A stretch of 64,000 nucleotides of DNA from Stegostoma tigrinum (Eukaryota). Under the pieces are notes generated by a model. That model saw only the letters and a program-made list of their open reading frames with translations, searched no databases and was not told the DNA's origin. Within the stretch, counting starts at the first letter, position 1; the number at the start of each line of letters is the position of its first letter. Of the stretch, positions 26,311-39,100 are shown piece by piece. Both the position numbers and the translations under genes were made by a program. The stretch is taken from NCBI RefSeq assembly GCF_030684315.1, contig NC_081382.1:9611267-9675266 (forward strand), written 5' to 3'.

Positions 26311-26569
26311 ACAGCCCATGTCCTGGTTTTTTATATTAATTATTTCTGTGGTGTTGACATTCACTTGCTGACACCTTCCTGGACTTTCCATTCTTCATCT
26401 GTGAATCAAGGCACTGAGTTTTATCAGGCATTTGGTTCCAATGAATTTGCAAGTGGCCTTCTTTCTGTCCTTAACTAATGTCCATTTATGACTTTTTAGA
26501 GCAGGGAATGAGTTGAACTCTGGAGCTCTATGCCAATTTCTCTCTTTCTTCTTTTACTGATTGTGAACA

Positions 26570-27610
26570 AGTGTGCATCATTGGCAAAGCATGTGTGGCC
26601 TATTTCTAAAAATCATTTGGAAGCACTGAAGTTCACCTGGTTTGGGTCCATTCATTCTGCTGTTAGAGAAGGTGTTCCAAGATCTTAACGCAATGACAAT
26701 GAAGGAACGTGTATATAGTTACAAGTTAGAATGGTGTGTGATGTGGAAGGGAATTTGCAGGCCATGGAGCTCCAATGTGCCTCTGCTTTTCTTCGTGTGG
26801 CAGAAGTGATGGGTTTGGAAAGAGCTGTCAAAACAGCCCTACTGCAGTGAATCTTGTAGGTAGTACAAGCAATGGCTACTATGCATGAATTTTGAAAGTG
26901 TTGGATAAGGTGACAATCAAACCAGATGCTTTGACCTGGATGGTGTCAAGTCTCTATGTGTTGTTGAAGATTTAGTCACTCAGGCAAATAAAGATTTTTC
27001 CATCACACAACTGGCCTGTGCCTATTAGATGTTGGACAGACTTTGGGGACACAAGAGCTGTGTAACACTACACAGAATTCATGGCCTTTGACCTACTTTC
27101 ACAGCCACTGTATTTATATGACGAGTCAATTAAGTTTCTCTTAAGTAATAACCCACAGGAAGTCGACGGTGCAGGATTTACCATTCACAAAGTCGTTAGA
27201 TATCAAGAGGAAAATAGTTTGATTTTCTTTTCGAAGATGGCTATTGCCAGGCATCTATGTGAAGTAAATAATGGTTGCACAGATGAATGATGCTTGAATG
27301 ATTTCCGGGCCTCGCTGTTTTTAGACTTGGATTCCCTCAATAAGATGTTGCAATGAACCAGAGCACTGTGCAAATTATCAGCAAACATTCCCACTTCTGA
27401 CCTTATGATGGAAGGGAGTTCAATGATGAGCGATTGAGAAGTTTGGTTTTTGGAAAAATCTCTGAGGAGTTATGGCAATGTTGACTCGACACTGAGATGA
27501 TTGGACTCCAGCTAGTGGAGAGTTTTTCTCCTGTTACCCATTGATTTCAACGTTGTTTGTGTTCCTTAAAAAGAACAACTGCTGCCTAGATTTCAAAGGC
27601 ACTTACTTTC
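26570..27610 (-). mobile_element. Old CR1/L2-group LINE 3' portion (probable partner of the tRNA SINE tail)
   Basis: Degraded sequence related to 35330-35760 and 52305-52450. The latter encodes FKKAAHHHL on the minus strand and shares its tail with the SINE. Confidence 0.55.
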
Positions 27611-29629
27611 ACATGTAAATAAAATCACCAAATTAATTCAGCAATGAATGTGTTCAATTTATTGCAAAACTAAGCAATATGACAATCTGAAATTTTGCCA
27701 TGAGTATGCCCTTAGAAACCATTGCAGATGGATAGGGAGGAGTAAAAGGCCTTTTACCTGTGATAGGGTTGAAACTGCAATTTAAGTTTTTTGAAAAAGG
27801 ATTTTTATGATTCATCACTTATTCTGCCTTCCCTAAAATGTAATAATAAATAGTAACAGTTCTTCTTTAAAGCAAGAGACAGTGATAAAGGTTTTGAAGA
27901 TCATTGAGTTAGACCAGGACAGTCATACCCTGATTCTGCACAAATTGATATCATCAAAAATCTGTTCTGTATCTTAAAACAAGATTAAGATAAAAACACC
28001 ACATCCTCGTAAGATATTGAACTGGACTGTTAGTACATTATTCCTTGCATTTCTTTTGAACATACTTTTGTTTTCTTTAAATGAGCTTGAAGATTGCCTT
28101 CAAGTTTAACATAAACTATCTTTGACTGACTACATGCTATACAACACAGTATACGTTAGTAAGATATAATCCAGACCTAATTATTCTAATAAATGTTCAT
28201 AATTTACCACCAAGAGTGTTTTTATTTGCCTCAAAATAATTCTTCAAGAACCACAGAAAGTAATAATATCATACATTCTTAAGGTAGGATTCTATGTGCT
28301 GATAATAGTAGTAAAATACTGTGGATGTTGGTAATCCCAAATAAGAACAGAAAATGGTGGAGATATGCAGGACCTGTAAAGAGGGGAAGACTGTTAGTAT
28401 TTTGAGTGCAATATGGCCGTTATTCCAAATTTTCAAAATTCAAAATCATCATGCTACTAGTTCAAAACCCATGCTCTAAAATAACATTTTATATATACAT
28501 GAATTGTTGAAAAATTAGCCTCAATTCACTTTCATTAATTTGATTTTTGGTTGTATGAAGTAGTGTGGATCAGAATATATGTGCTATTTTCCCTAAGTAG
28601 ACGGTATGGTAACAGATAAATGAAGTAAAAAAAGCCCCACCTTATTTATATTCCAAAACTCAGTTGCTGCAATTCACATGAGATCAAAGCTTACATCATA
28701 TAAAACTTTTCACCATATTAGAGATATGCTAAAGAACTTGAGAATCAAATGTGTACTGTATATACTGTTATAATGTATAATGGTGCTCCTCCTTTGTTGT
28801 TTATCAGGTACACTGAAAGCCAGCTAAACAGATGTGCATGGCTTGAAATGTCCTCAAACATCCAATTTGAGTGAATTCTAAGAGCATTCTTTATCCTTAA
28901 TCTTCTCATACTTCACTGATATTATAAAAGATTTACTCAAATATCCTGCTAACTCTTTATTTTTGCTTCGCTATAATACCTCTTTAATATGATAACACAA
29001 GGAGGAATTATGAGCACCATTTATCACAACAAATTTCATTACCTTGCAGCATCTATAGTAAAAGCTGTTTTCTCATATTTAATCTATCTTTGGAACATTT
29101 CTAAAATTCTTTGTAATCATATAAGGCTCAACATGATACAAAATATGTTTCTCCTGGCTTTATGTTATCAGCAAATAGGCCAATTTTGTTTATAATTCAA
29201 ACTTAAGATCAATGTGAAGATAATGGATGTAAGGCAAAGATTGCTTGCTTTCTGTTCATTTAATTGAAATGCCTTACACAGTAATCATTTTTTGCTTCCT
29301 GGGTTTACTCCTCTTTAATATTCTCTCTTTCTGAAAAAGTTACTTCTCTGCTGCAGAAGAATTGCATCAACCCAGATGTTCATCTTTGACTGGCAGGTCA
29401 GGCAATTCTTCAAAGCCGTAATTCTAGCACCTGACCAGTAGTGCCTACCTGTACCAGGTTCATGTCAGGATGGGTTGGAGTCAGGGCTATCACTTCCAGA
29501 ACCAGAACGGAAGTAGAAATTGAGGCTGGCTGCTGCCAAATCCAATAAGATAATTCACTGCGAGTTCAGCTTAATTCCACAGATAGGTTTAAGACCTCAG
29601 TAGCCCTTACTCCATGCCCTTTTTCCTTC

Positions 29630-30005
29630 AAATCTGATTGTGAACCCAATCAATGATTGCTGTAAAGGACCTTCTGGTTCACCAATGTCCTTTGGGGAAG
29701 GAAACTGTCATCCTTACCTAGATAACAAAGTGTGGAACTGGATGAACACAGCAGGCCAAACAGCATTTTAGGAGCACAAAAGTGCTCCTAAGATGCTGCT
29801 TGGCCTGCTGTGTTCATCCAACTCCATACTTTGTTACCTCTGATTCTCCAGCATCTGCAGTTCCCATTATCTCTGTAAACCTTACCTAATCTGGCCTCCA
29901 GAATGACAGCAATGTGTTTGACTCTTAACTGCCCTTGGAGCTATTATGGGCAGGCAATAAATGTTGGCCTAGCCAACGATGTCCTCATCCCAATGAAGAA
30001 TAAAA
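29630..30005 (+). mobile_element. tRNA SINE body/tail interrupted by a PLE hairpin
   Basis: CTGGTTCACCAATGTCCTTTGGGGAAGGAAACTGTCATCCTTACCT|...|TCTGGCC...GGGCAGGCAATAAATGTTGGCCTAGCC. Confidence 0.8.
29721..29879. mobile_element. Palindromic PLE-terminus mini-insertion
   Basis: Hairpin centred on GGAGCAC-AAAA-GTGCTCC (29771-29788). Direct repeat CCTTACCTA at 29712-29720 and 29880-29888. Confidence 0.9.
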
Positions 30006-30853
30006 CAAAAATCATCTGTACATCATTTCTTGCTCCTGTTGTCCACGATTACTCACCAATGTCCACAGTGTACAGAATGCTGAAGCACTATTGTGACATT
30101 CGGAAGCCTACCTACTTCTGAAAAGTTGTATCCTATTCTGGGAGTATAAACTGTCAAAATAAACAATTATTCCTTCCAACATCTCTTTCAAAAATGTATT
30201 ATCCAATAAATGGCCATAAGGTATTTAACTAAACAAATAGTAATAAAGAAATTCTACATGAAAAATATATTAAGTAGTTATTAAAGTGTAGATAAGCAAA
30301 TTCATAGACCCCTTTAAGCTGTACAAATAACCCACGCTGAGCTATGGCCATTGTTGAGGTTAAGAACTCATTTAAACTTCATTATGCATTCCACTCAAAA
30401 CTGTTCGAAAACAAAGCCTCCAGAACTAAATATTGATTAGACCTTAAAACAGTGCAACAGGTCTCTGAAGTAATATTCAACTAAAACAGTTAACCACAGA
30501 AGGCAATTGGCACAATAAAGTTTGAATTTTACTATTCCTACAATGCAGGGAACTACTTTATCCATTGAAAAATGTAATCTGCTACATCTGAATGATTTTT
30601 TACATTGCTGGTCAACTGAATACTCACTTATCTTTGAAGAACAATGCCTTACCAACAACTACTACATTAAAATACATATTTAAAAGACCACACGGAATGG
30701 TACTGAATATATGAAGTTGGTCACAATCTTTGAAAGTACTTGTCAAAATGTTCTAGACTTCAGATATGATTGCTTCTTAGATCACAAATTCTCTGACCTG
30801 ATATAACCTACACCAACTGCAGAAGCTGGTACAACAGGTCGGTGAGAGTAAAC

Positions 30854-32055
30854 TGACCAAACAGGTAGATGAGAGTAAACCGGTTGATGTGGTGTCTATG
30901 GATTTCAGCAAGGCGTTCGATAAGGTTCCCCACAATAGGCTATTGTACAAAATGCGGAGGAATGGAATTGTGGGAGACATAGCAGTTTGGATCGGAAATT
31001 GGTTTGCTGAAAGAAGACAGAGGGTGGTGGTTGATGGGAAATGTTCATCCTGGAGACCAGTTACTAGTGGCGTACCGCAAGGGTCGGTGTTGGGTCCACT
31101 GCTGTTTGTCATTTTCATAAATGACCTGGATGAGGGCGTAGAAGGATGGGTTAGTAAATTTGCAGACGACACCAAGGTCGGTGGAGTTGTGGATAGTGAC
31201 GAAGGATGTTGTAGGTTACAGGGAGACATAGATAAGCTGCAGAGCTGGTCTGAGAGGTGGCAAATGGAGTTTAATGTGGACAAGTGTGAAGTGATGCACT
31301 TCTGTAGGTGTAACTGGAATGCAAAGTACTGGGCTAACGGTAAGATTCTTGGTAGTGTAGATGAGCAGAGAGATCTTGGTGTCCATGTACACAGATCCTT
31401 GAAAGTTGCCACCCACGTTGACAGGGCTGTTAAGAAGGCATACAGTGCTTTAGCTTTTATTAATAGAGGGATCAAGTTCCAGAACCAAGAGGTTATGGTG
31501 AAGCTGTACAAAACTCTGGTGCGGCCGCACTTGGAGTATTGTGTACAGTTCTGGTCACTGCATTATAAGAAGGATGCGGAAGCTTTGGAAAGGGTGCAGA
31601 GGAGATTTACGAGGATGTTGCCTGGTATGGAGGGAAGGTCTTACGAGGAAAGGCTGAGGGACTTGAGGCTGTTTTCATTAGAGAGAAGAAGGTTGAGAGG
31701 TGACTTAATTGAGACATATAAAATAATCAGAGGGTTAGATAGGGTGGATAGGGAGAGCCTTTTTCCTGGGGTGGTGACGGCGAACACGAGGGGGCATAGC
31801 TTTAAATTGAGGGGTGAAAGATATAGGACAGATGTCAGAGATAGTTTCTTTACTCAGAGAGTAATAAGGGTATGGAGCGCTTTGCCTGCAACGGTAGTAG
31901 ATTCGCCAACTTTAGGTACATTTAAGTCGTCATTGGATAAGCATGTGGATGTACATGGAATAGTGTAGGTTAGATGGGCTTGAGATTGGTATGACAGGTT
32001 GGCACAACATCGAGGGCCGAAGGGCCTGTACTGTGCTGTAATGTTCTATGTTCTA
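30854..32055 (+). mobile_element. Young CR1 LINE, 5'-truncated within RT
   Basis: Uninterrupted 359-aa ORF 30889..31968 with DFSKAFDKVPH, SGVPQGSVLGPLLF and SKFADDTK, followed by 3' UTR and GTTCTAT tail. Confidence 0.97.
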
Positions 32056-34854
32056 TAACTCTGTCAGAACTGTGCTGGAGGAATCCAAACACATGTAATG
32101 GAATCAGCATGTTCAGAAAAATAGAGTTCAGGCTCATTACCTACCCTTATCGTGCCATTTTAATTTTGAAAGCTTCCTGCAATGGGGCTGCGGAGATGTA
32201 TTATTGAATCCAGTGCCCCTCACCATGTATTTTCCAGCTTACTTCTTTCCAATGTGGACAGAGGAATGAAAATCTAGCTTTGGATTTCTTTACAAATTGG
32301 GCAATTGATTGTTCTACATGAGTGACCACTTATACCGCTGAGTAAATTCGTCAGAAAGGAGCTTTGGACAGAGCAAATGCCATTCTTGTCAACCTTGGTG
32401 CATATTCACAGCATTTTGGCAGATATCACTCACATGTGAGGACCCAGGCTGCTGAGACCTCTCCCACTTTTGGTATTCAGATGCAACTTGTGAAAATATT
32501 CCCAGCCCAGATCAATTAACTCCATACTAGCTGATAATCAGGTCTGTAAGCATTCTACCCTGTACAATTCAGCCACTCACTGAATAAATCTGGTGAGGCA
32601 CTGTTCGGTCCAGGTACAGGCTGATGATCACTTCATTTGCTACAGGCACTCTTCCCTAAATTGCATCTCTTCTATTATTATGTTTCCTGCAGTTTCTTCT
32701 CCTCTTAAAGCATACACAAGATTACACAAAGGACACTGAAAATAATGTTTACATGATAAAGTAAGCTTGAAATGTTTCTTGAAAAATAAGCAAGGGATAA
32801 TTGGTATACTGCAAACTATAATAATCTTGTTCATCTACAAGATTACAAAACTGTGGGTATTTTAAACTGAACCTGAAGGTGATTGAAAATTGAATTATTT
32901 TCTGATAAAAGCCGTCAATGTCTGCTTCTTGCATAAAGAACAATGGGTTAAAGATGGTTTCAAAGAACAACCATAAACATTATTGCCATCTGACAGGATT
33001 CAGAGGATTGAATTGAAGACACCATTTACCTGTCACTTTTAACATGCCTGTGAGGACTCTAGTGAGACATTGATAAATGATCTCTATTGATAAGAAAACT
33101 ACATAACCCATAAACTGCAGTGTGCATCAGGTGGATTTAATGGAACTCATGAATGCAAAATCTGATAGGATATTCACAGCCTGAGCCCTCTAGCTGCTCC
33201 TGAAGTGCTGTAAAGTGTGCTGTACATTTATATAGTCATTTACATAAGGTTTAATATGTTCTATGTAACACACAATTCAAACAAGGATATGTACTGTCAA
33301 TGTCCAAAATACTGAGCAACATGTTCCATTAGCTGTGCTCATTCCAAGCTCATCCATAGCCACTCATATTGTATGTTGATCATTGCTCAGGTGAGCTTTA
33401 AGTGCCAACTCATATCCACACAGAGTTGTTTATTTTAATCTCCTTAGCGAGCACCTGTGCATCTCCATTATGAGACCAGGAAATGTTAATGGAAATAGGA
33501 CAAGGCCTTTATCTTCACCTTCCATGCTGCAGAAACATTCTGCTCAATGAATATCCCTGCTCATAGCAACCTGTAGTGACTCCCAGTCTTCACCAGATGC
33601 AGATCTCCACTCGATCTCTTAATTCTCCATTTACATAACCCTTCTGAAATCTAAATGATGCAACCAAGAGGTCACTAATCTCTGCTGTTCTTTTATCCAC
33701 TGGTTGGGGCATTTTTGTTTTTGACCTGTTCTGTTTGTGGAGTACCTTGTGACTTTTTTTATTACGTAAGGCCACTATAGAAAAGCACATGTTTGACGCT
33801 ATTCTTGTTACTAACATACCTACCTTTACCAATTGGTTGTGCGCTGTTTATATTTTTCCTGCTTTTAATCTAATATAAAGACATAAATTGAAAATCACCT
33901 GGCACCTTTCTTAGAAAAGAATGCAGTTAGGCGATAGATGCAGGCAAAATCATATTGTGAATTTGCAGTAAAAAAGGTTACCAGTGACAAGTATGGATCA
34001 GTATGAATTGCTGCAGGTTTAAATTTAAGTATTGGCTAAACTGCTCAACAACTGCAACACTCTCCAACTTGCTGTAGCCAGATCTTGTAATTGGTTGCTG
34101 TGAGCATGAATTTATACAGCTGTTCAGTGGCTCGAGAGCTTTAAACTTGTGATTGTATTAAAAATTCATAGTTCTCAAAAATACTGAGAGGAAGTGAATT
34201 CATTTCCATCTGAAGATGATGGTAGTTTGATAACCTCCAGCTCCACTGTTATTTATTGCCCAGTAAATTTTGTAATACATATTAATGCCTCTGTTATTAT
34301 CACACTTCAACATGTTTACTCATTTCCATTTGGATTTAATGGCACATTTTTATCAAGAGGCTTGTAAACTGTTTTGATGAAATTGGGTTTGTTACTTCTT
34401 TCCAAACTTGTTTGGAGGGCAGGATAAGGGTGGGATTAAGACTTTAGTTGTTACTAGGGCTCTGCCAATGATTAAAATGCATTGAAAAACATAATAAATA
34501 ATCACTCATAATGCACAGAACAATGTTGTTTATGTTTTGAATAACAGAGGCTATAAAAATCATCAGGAAGCTCTTTTCTTTTAACCTCCAGAAGCAAAAG
34601 ATGACTCTAAATATTACAGACGTCACCCTGTTTCACACCTTTAAGCATAATCCCCCAAATGCCTCTGGACCACCCTAACCCTATTCCTAAATTCTGTTAT
34701 CTTCCAAAACCTTTACTGAAGCACCTTCGCCTTAGCCCCATGTCCTGCCCCTCAGTGTCCAGGCTTACTGCAACCCATGAACTTATTTCTAATCTCAAAA
34801 CATGCTTCACATTTGTAAAAAGCACCTTCTTGCTTTTATTGAGGTCGTGATTTT

Positions 34855-35280
34855 TTTTAAAAATTCACTTTTGGGGCATGGGCATCACTGAGTAGGACAG
34901 CATTTATTGCCCATCCCTGATTGCCCAGAGACCAGTTAAGATTCAATCACATTGCTGTGAGTCTAGAGTCACATGTATCCTAGACCAGATAAGGATGACA
35001 GATTTCCTTCCCTGAAGGACATTATAGAGCCACATGGATTCGTTTCTCCCTCCCGCAACAGTTTCATTCTCATCATTAGACTCTGAATTCCAGATTCTAT
35101 TTATCAAATTCAAATTTCACCATCTTCCATCACAGGTTTTGAACTAGAACATTAACTGAGTTGTTGGACAAGTAGATTAGATTAGATTCCCTACAGTGTG
35201 GAAACAGGCTGTTTGGCCCAACAAGTCCATACTGCCCACTATAGGATAGTGACATTACTATTAGGGCAGTGCCTCTACCA
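34855..35280 (-). mobile_element. tRNA SINE with a short HE1-tail fragment (about 35172-35235) inserted near its head
   Basis: CAGCATTTATTGCCCATCCCTG...TTTCCTTCCCTGAAGGAC, then TAGATTAGATTAGATTCCCTACAGTGTGGAAACAGG. Confidence 0.75.
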
Positions 35281-35845
35281 CCCTAAGTTCTTGTAGACTG
35301 TAAAATATCCCTCCTTTTCTTTTGCTTCAGATTGAGAAGTAGATGTTGCTGATGAAGCCAAAATTTGTTGTCTATCCTTAGTTGTTCTCGAGAGGCATTG
35401 GGCTGCTTCCTTGAACATCAGCAGGAGATGAGCTGTAGATGCACTCTCAATGCTACTGAGAGGAAGTTCCTAAGTTTTGACTGAGAAACAGTGAAGTAAA
35501 TATGATATAATTCCAAGTCAGAATGCTGAATGTGTTGGAGGGGAAATTGGAGATGATGGGGGCCCAATGTGACGACTAACCTTGTTCACCTGAGGCCTGA
35601 AAGGTGGCATCAAAGGGTTTTTGTTTAGGTTGCTGCAGTGATGGTTGGAGACAGTACCAACAGTAAAAAGAGATAGTGTTAAAAATGGCCAATGCAATGT
35701 CAACCACATGGGTAGCTATGTCCTGAATGATATTTAGATTCTTGAGCGTTGTTGGTTAATCCATCAGCACTGAACTGATCTGCAACCAGGCTGACCCACA
35801 CGCATAATACATTCAGGCCTTAATTGGATCAGAGTGGGACTTTTT

Positions 35846-38235
35846 CATAGAACATAGAACATTACAGCACAGTACAGGCCCTTCAGCCCTCGATGTTGTG
35901 CCGACCTGTCATACCAATCTCAAGCCCATCTAACCTACACTATTCCATGTTCGTCCATATGCTTATCCAATGACGACTTAAATGTACCTAAAGTTGGCGA
36001 ATCTACTACCGTTGCAGGCAAAGCGTTCCATACCCTTACTACTCTCTGAGTAAAGAAACTACCTCTGACATCTGTCCTATATCTTTCACCCCTCAATTTA
36101 AAGCTATGCCCCCTCGTGCTCGCCGTCACCATCCTAGGAAAAAGGCTCTCCCTATCCACCCTATCTAACCCTCTGATTATTTTATATGTATCAATTAAGT
36201 CGCCTCTCAACCTTCTTCTCTCTAATGAAAACAGCCTCAAGTCCCTCAGCCTTTCCTCATAAGACCTTCCCTCCATACCAGGCAACATCCTAGTAAATCT
36301 CCTCTGCACCCTTTCCAAAGCTTCCACATCCTGCTTACAATGCAGTGACCAGAACTGTATGCAATACTCCAAGTGCGGCCGCACCAGAGTTTTGTACAGC
36401 TTCAACATAACCTCTTGGTTCTGGAACTTGATCCCTCTATTAATAAAAGCTAAAACACTGTATGCCTTCTTAATAGCCCTGTCAACGTGGGTGGCAACTT
36501 TCAAGGATCTGTGTACATGGACACCAAGATCTCTCTGCTCATCTACACTACCAAGAATCTTACCATTAGCCCTGTACTTTGCCTTCTGGTTACTCCTACC
36601 AAAGTGCATCACCTCACACTTGTCTGCATTAAACTCCATTTGCCACCTCTCAGCCCAGCTCTGCAGCTTATCTATGTCTCTCTGCAACCTACAGCATCCT
36701 TCGTCACTATCCACAACTCCACCGACCTTAGTGTCGTCTGCAAATTTACTAACCCATCCTTCTACGCACTCATCCAGGTCATTTATAAAAATGACAAACA
36801 GCAGTGGACCCAACACTGACCCTTGTGGCACACCACTAGTAACTGGTCCCCAGGATGAACATTTCCCATCAACTACCACCCTCTGTCTTCTTTCAGCAAG
36901 CCAATTTTCGATCCAAACTGCCATATCTCCCACAATTCCATTCCTCCGCATTTTGTACAATAGCCTATTGTGGGGAACCTTATTGAACGCCTTGCTGAAA
37001 TCCACATCAACCGGTTTACTCTCATATACCTGTTTGGTCACCTTCTCAAAGAACTCAATAAGGTTTGTGAGGCACGACCTTCCCTTTACAAAACCGTGTT
37101 GACTATCCCTAATCAATTTATTCTTTTCTAGATGATTATAAATCCTATCCCTTATAACCTTTTCCAACACTTTACCAACAACTGAGGTAAGGCTCACTGG
37201 TCTATTATTACCAGGGTTGTCTCTACTCCCCTTCTTGAACAGGGGAACCACGTTTGCTATCCTCCAGTCATCTGGCACTATTCCTGTAGACAATGACGAG
37301 TTAAGTGGCAAAGGCTCGGCAATCTCCTCCCTGATTTCCCAGAGGATCGGAGGATAAATCCCATCCGGCCCAGAGGACTTATCTATCTTCACCCTCTGAA
37401 GGATTTCTAATACCTCTTCCTTGTGAGCCTCAATCCCACCTAGTCTAGTAGCCTGTATCTCAGTATTCACCTCGACAACATTGTCATTTTCTAGAGTGAA
37501 TACTGTTGAAAAATATTCATTTAGTGCTTCCCCTATCTCATCTGACTCCACACACAACTTACTACTACTATCCTTGATTGGGCCTAATCTTACTTTTGTC
37601 ATTCTTTTATTCCTTAAATACCTATAGAACGCCTTAGGGTTTACCCTGATCCTGTCCACCAACAACTTCTCATGTCTCCTCCTGGGTCTTCTGAGTTCTC
37701 TCTTTAGGTCTTTCCTGGCTACCTCGTAGCCCTCAAGTGCCCTAACTGAGCCTTCATATCTCATCCTAACATAAGCCTTCTTCTTTCTCTTGACTAGAGC
37801 TTCCACCTCCTTCATAAACCACGGCTCCCGCACTCTACAACTTCCTCGCTGCCCGACAGGTACATCCTTATCTCGGACATACAGGAGCTTTTCCTTGATT
37901 AAGCTCCACATTTCTAATGTGCCCATCCACTGCAGTTTCCTTCCCCATCCTATGCTCCCTAAATCTTGCCTAATCTCATCGTAATTGCCTTTCCCCCAGC
38001 TATAACTCTTGCCCAGTGGTATACATCTATCCCTTTCCATCACTAAAGTAAACATAACAGAACTGTGATCGCTATCACCAAAGTGCTCACCTACTTCCAA
38101 ATCTAACACCTGGCCAGGTTCATTGCCCAGTACCAAATCTAATGTGGCTTTGCCCCTTGTTGGCCTGTCTACATACTGTGTCAGGAAGCCCTACTCCACC
38201 CACTGGACAAAAACTGACCCATCTATAGTACTCGA
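35846..38235 (-). mobile_element. Young CR1 LINE, 5'-truncated in the endonuclease domain; 733-aa ORF2 remnant
   Basis: ORF 35935..38136 has HFGDSDH, KSSGPDGI, WRIANVVPLFKKG, QHGFVKGRSCLTNL, GVPQGSVLGP and FADD. CATAGAACATAGAAC tail at 35846. Confidence 0.97.
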
Positions 38236-38491
38236 ACAAAGGATGTTCCACGCTAAAGACATGCCCTGCCATTCAAATTGGCTGCTGCTCTGTATCCTCA
38301 ACAGTGCCAGAAGACAATAGTGATGATTGCTGGGCCTACAACTAGTCCTCAGAAATAAAGGCATCTCCCTGATTTCAAGTAAGGGTCATGTATGTTTTGG
38401 AGAATCAAGGGGAAGGTGTTAGATTTGAGAACTCAACACGGGGGAGTGGGGGTGGGGTTCAGGGGAACAACTTAGATATTCACCTTGATGA

Positions 38492-38675
38492 GTCATGATG
38501 TGGAGGTCCTGGTGTTGGTCTGGGGTAGACAAAGTCAGAAGTCACATGACACCAGGTTATAGTCCAACAAGTTTCTTTGAAATTACAAGCTTTAGGAGTG
38601 ACTTCACCTGACGAAGGAGCAGCGCTTAGACAGCTTGCGATTTTAAACAAACCTGTTGGATTATAACTTAGTGAT
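38492..38675. mobile_element. Palindromic PLE-terminus fragment (third family) with decayed hammerhead
   Basis: GTTATAGTCCAACAAGTTT...ACAAGCT is mirrored by AGCTTGCG...AAACCTGTTGGATTATAAC. Motif CAC-CTGACGA-A-GGAGC-AGC-GCTTA-GAC-AGCT-T-GCG at 38605-38639. Confidence 0.7.
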
Positions 38676-38676
38676 C

Positions 38677-39100
38677 AGAGATAACGGGAACTGCAGATGC
38701 CGGAGGATCTGAGATGACAAAGTGTGGAGCTGGATGAACACAGCAGGCCTAGCAGCATCTCAGGAGCATAAAAGCTGACGTTTCGGGCCTAGACCCTTCA
38801 TCAGAGAGGGGGATGGGGAGAGGGAACTGGAATAAATAGGGAGAGAGGGGGAGGCGGACCGAAGATGGATAGAGGAGAAGATAGGTGGAGAGGTGAGTAT
38901 GGGTGGGGAGGTAGGGAGGGGATAGGTCAGTCCAGGGAGGACGGACAGGTCAAGGGGGCGGGATGAGGTTGGTAGGTAGGAAGTGGAGGTGCGGCTTGAG
39001 GCGGGAGGAGGGGATAGGTGAGAGGAAGAAGAGACGACAAGAGAGTTGCAGTGGGAGAGAGATCCCCTAAGATTGGTCCGGAGGGAGGAGGGGACAAGAC
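38677..39100 (-). mobile_element. PLE 3' end (same family as 41283)
   Basis: Near-identical to 41283-41560, including the terminus and the purine-rich tract. Confidence 0.9.
38775..38806 (-). ncRNA. Minimal hammerhead ribozyme motif
   Basis: CU-CUGAUGA-A-GGGU-CUAG-GCCC-GAA-ACGU-C-AG. Stem I is only 2 bp. Confidence 0.65.

Noticed and set aside
27600-29350. Long AT-rich stretch
   Set aside because: No ORF, tandem structure or motif found; treated as ordinary intronic or intergenic DNA.
30777-31511. 244-aa minus-strand ORF (and the matching 36359..37102 + ORF, 247 aa)
   Set aside because: These are antisense shadows of CR1 ORF2, shared only because the two CR1 copies are near-identical.
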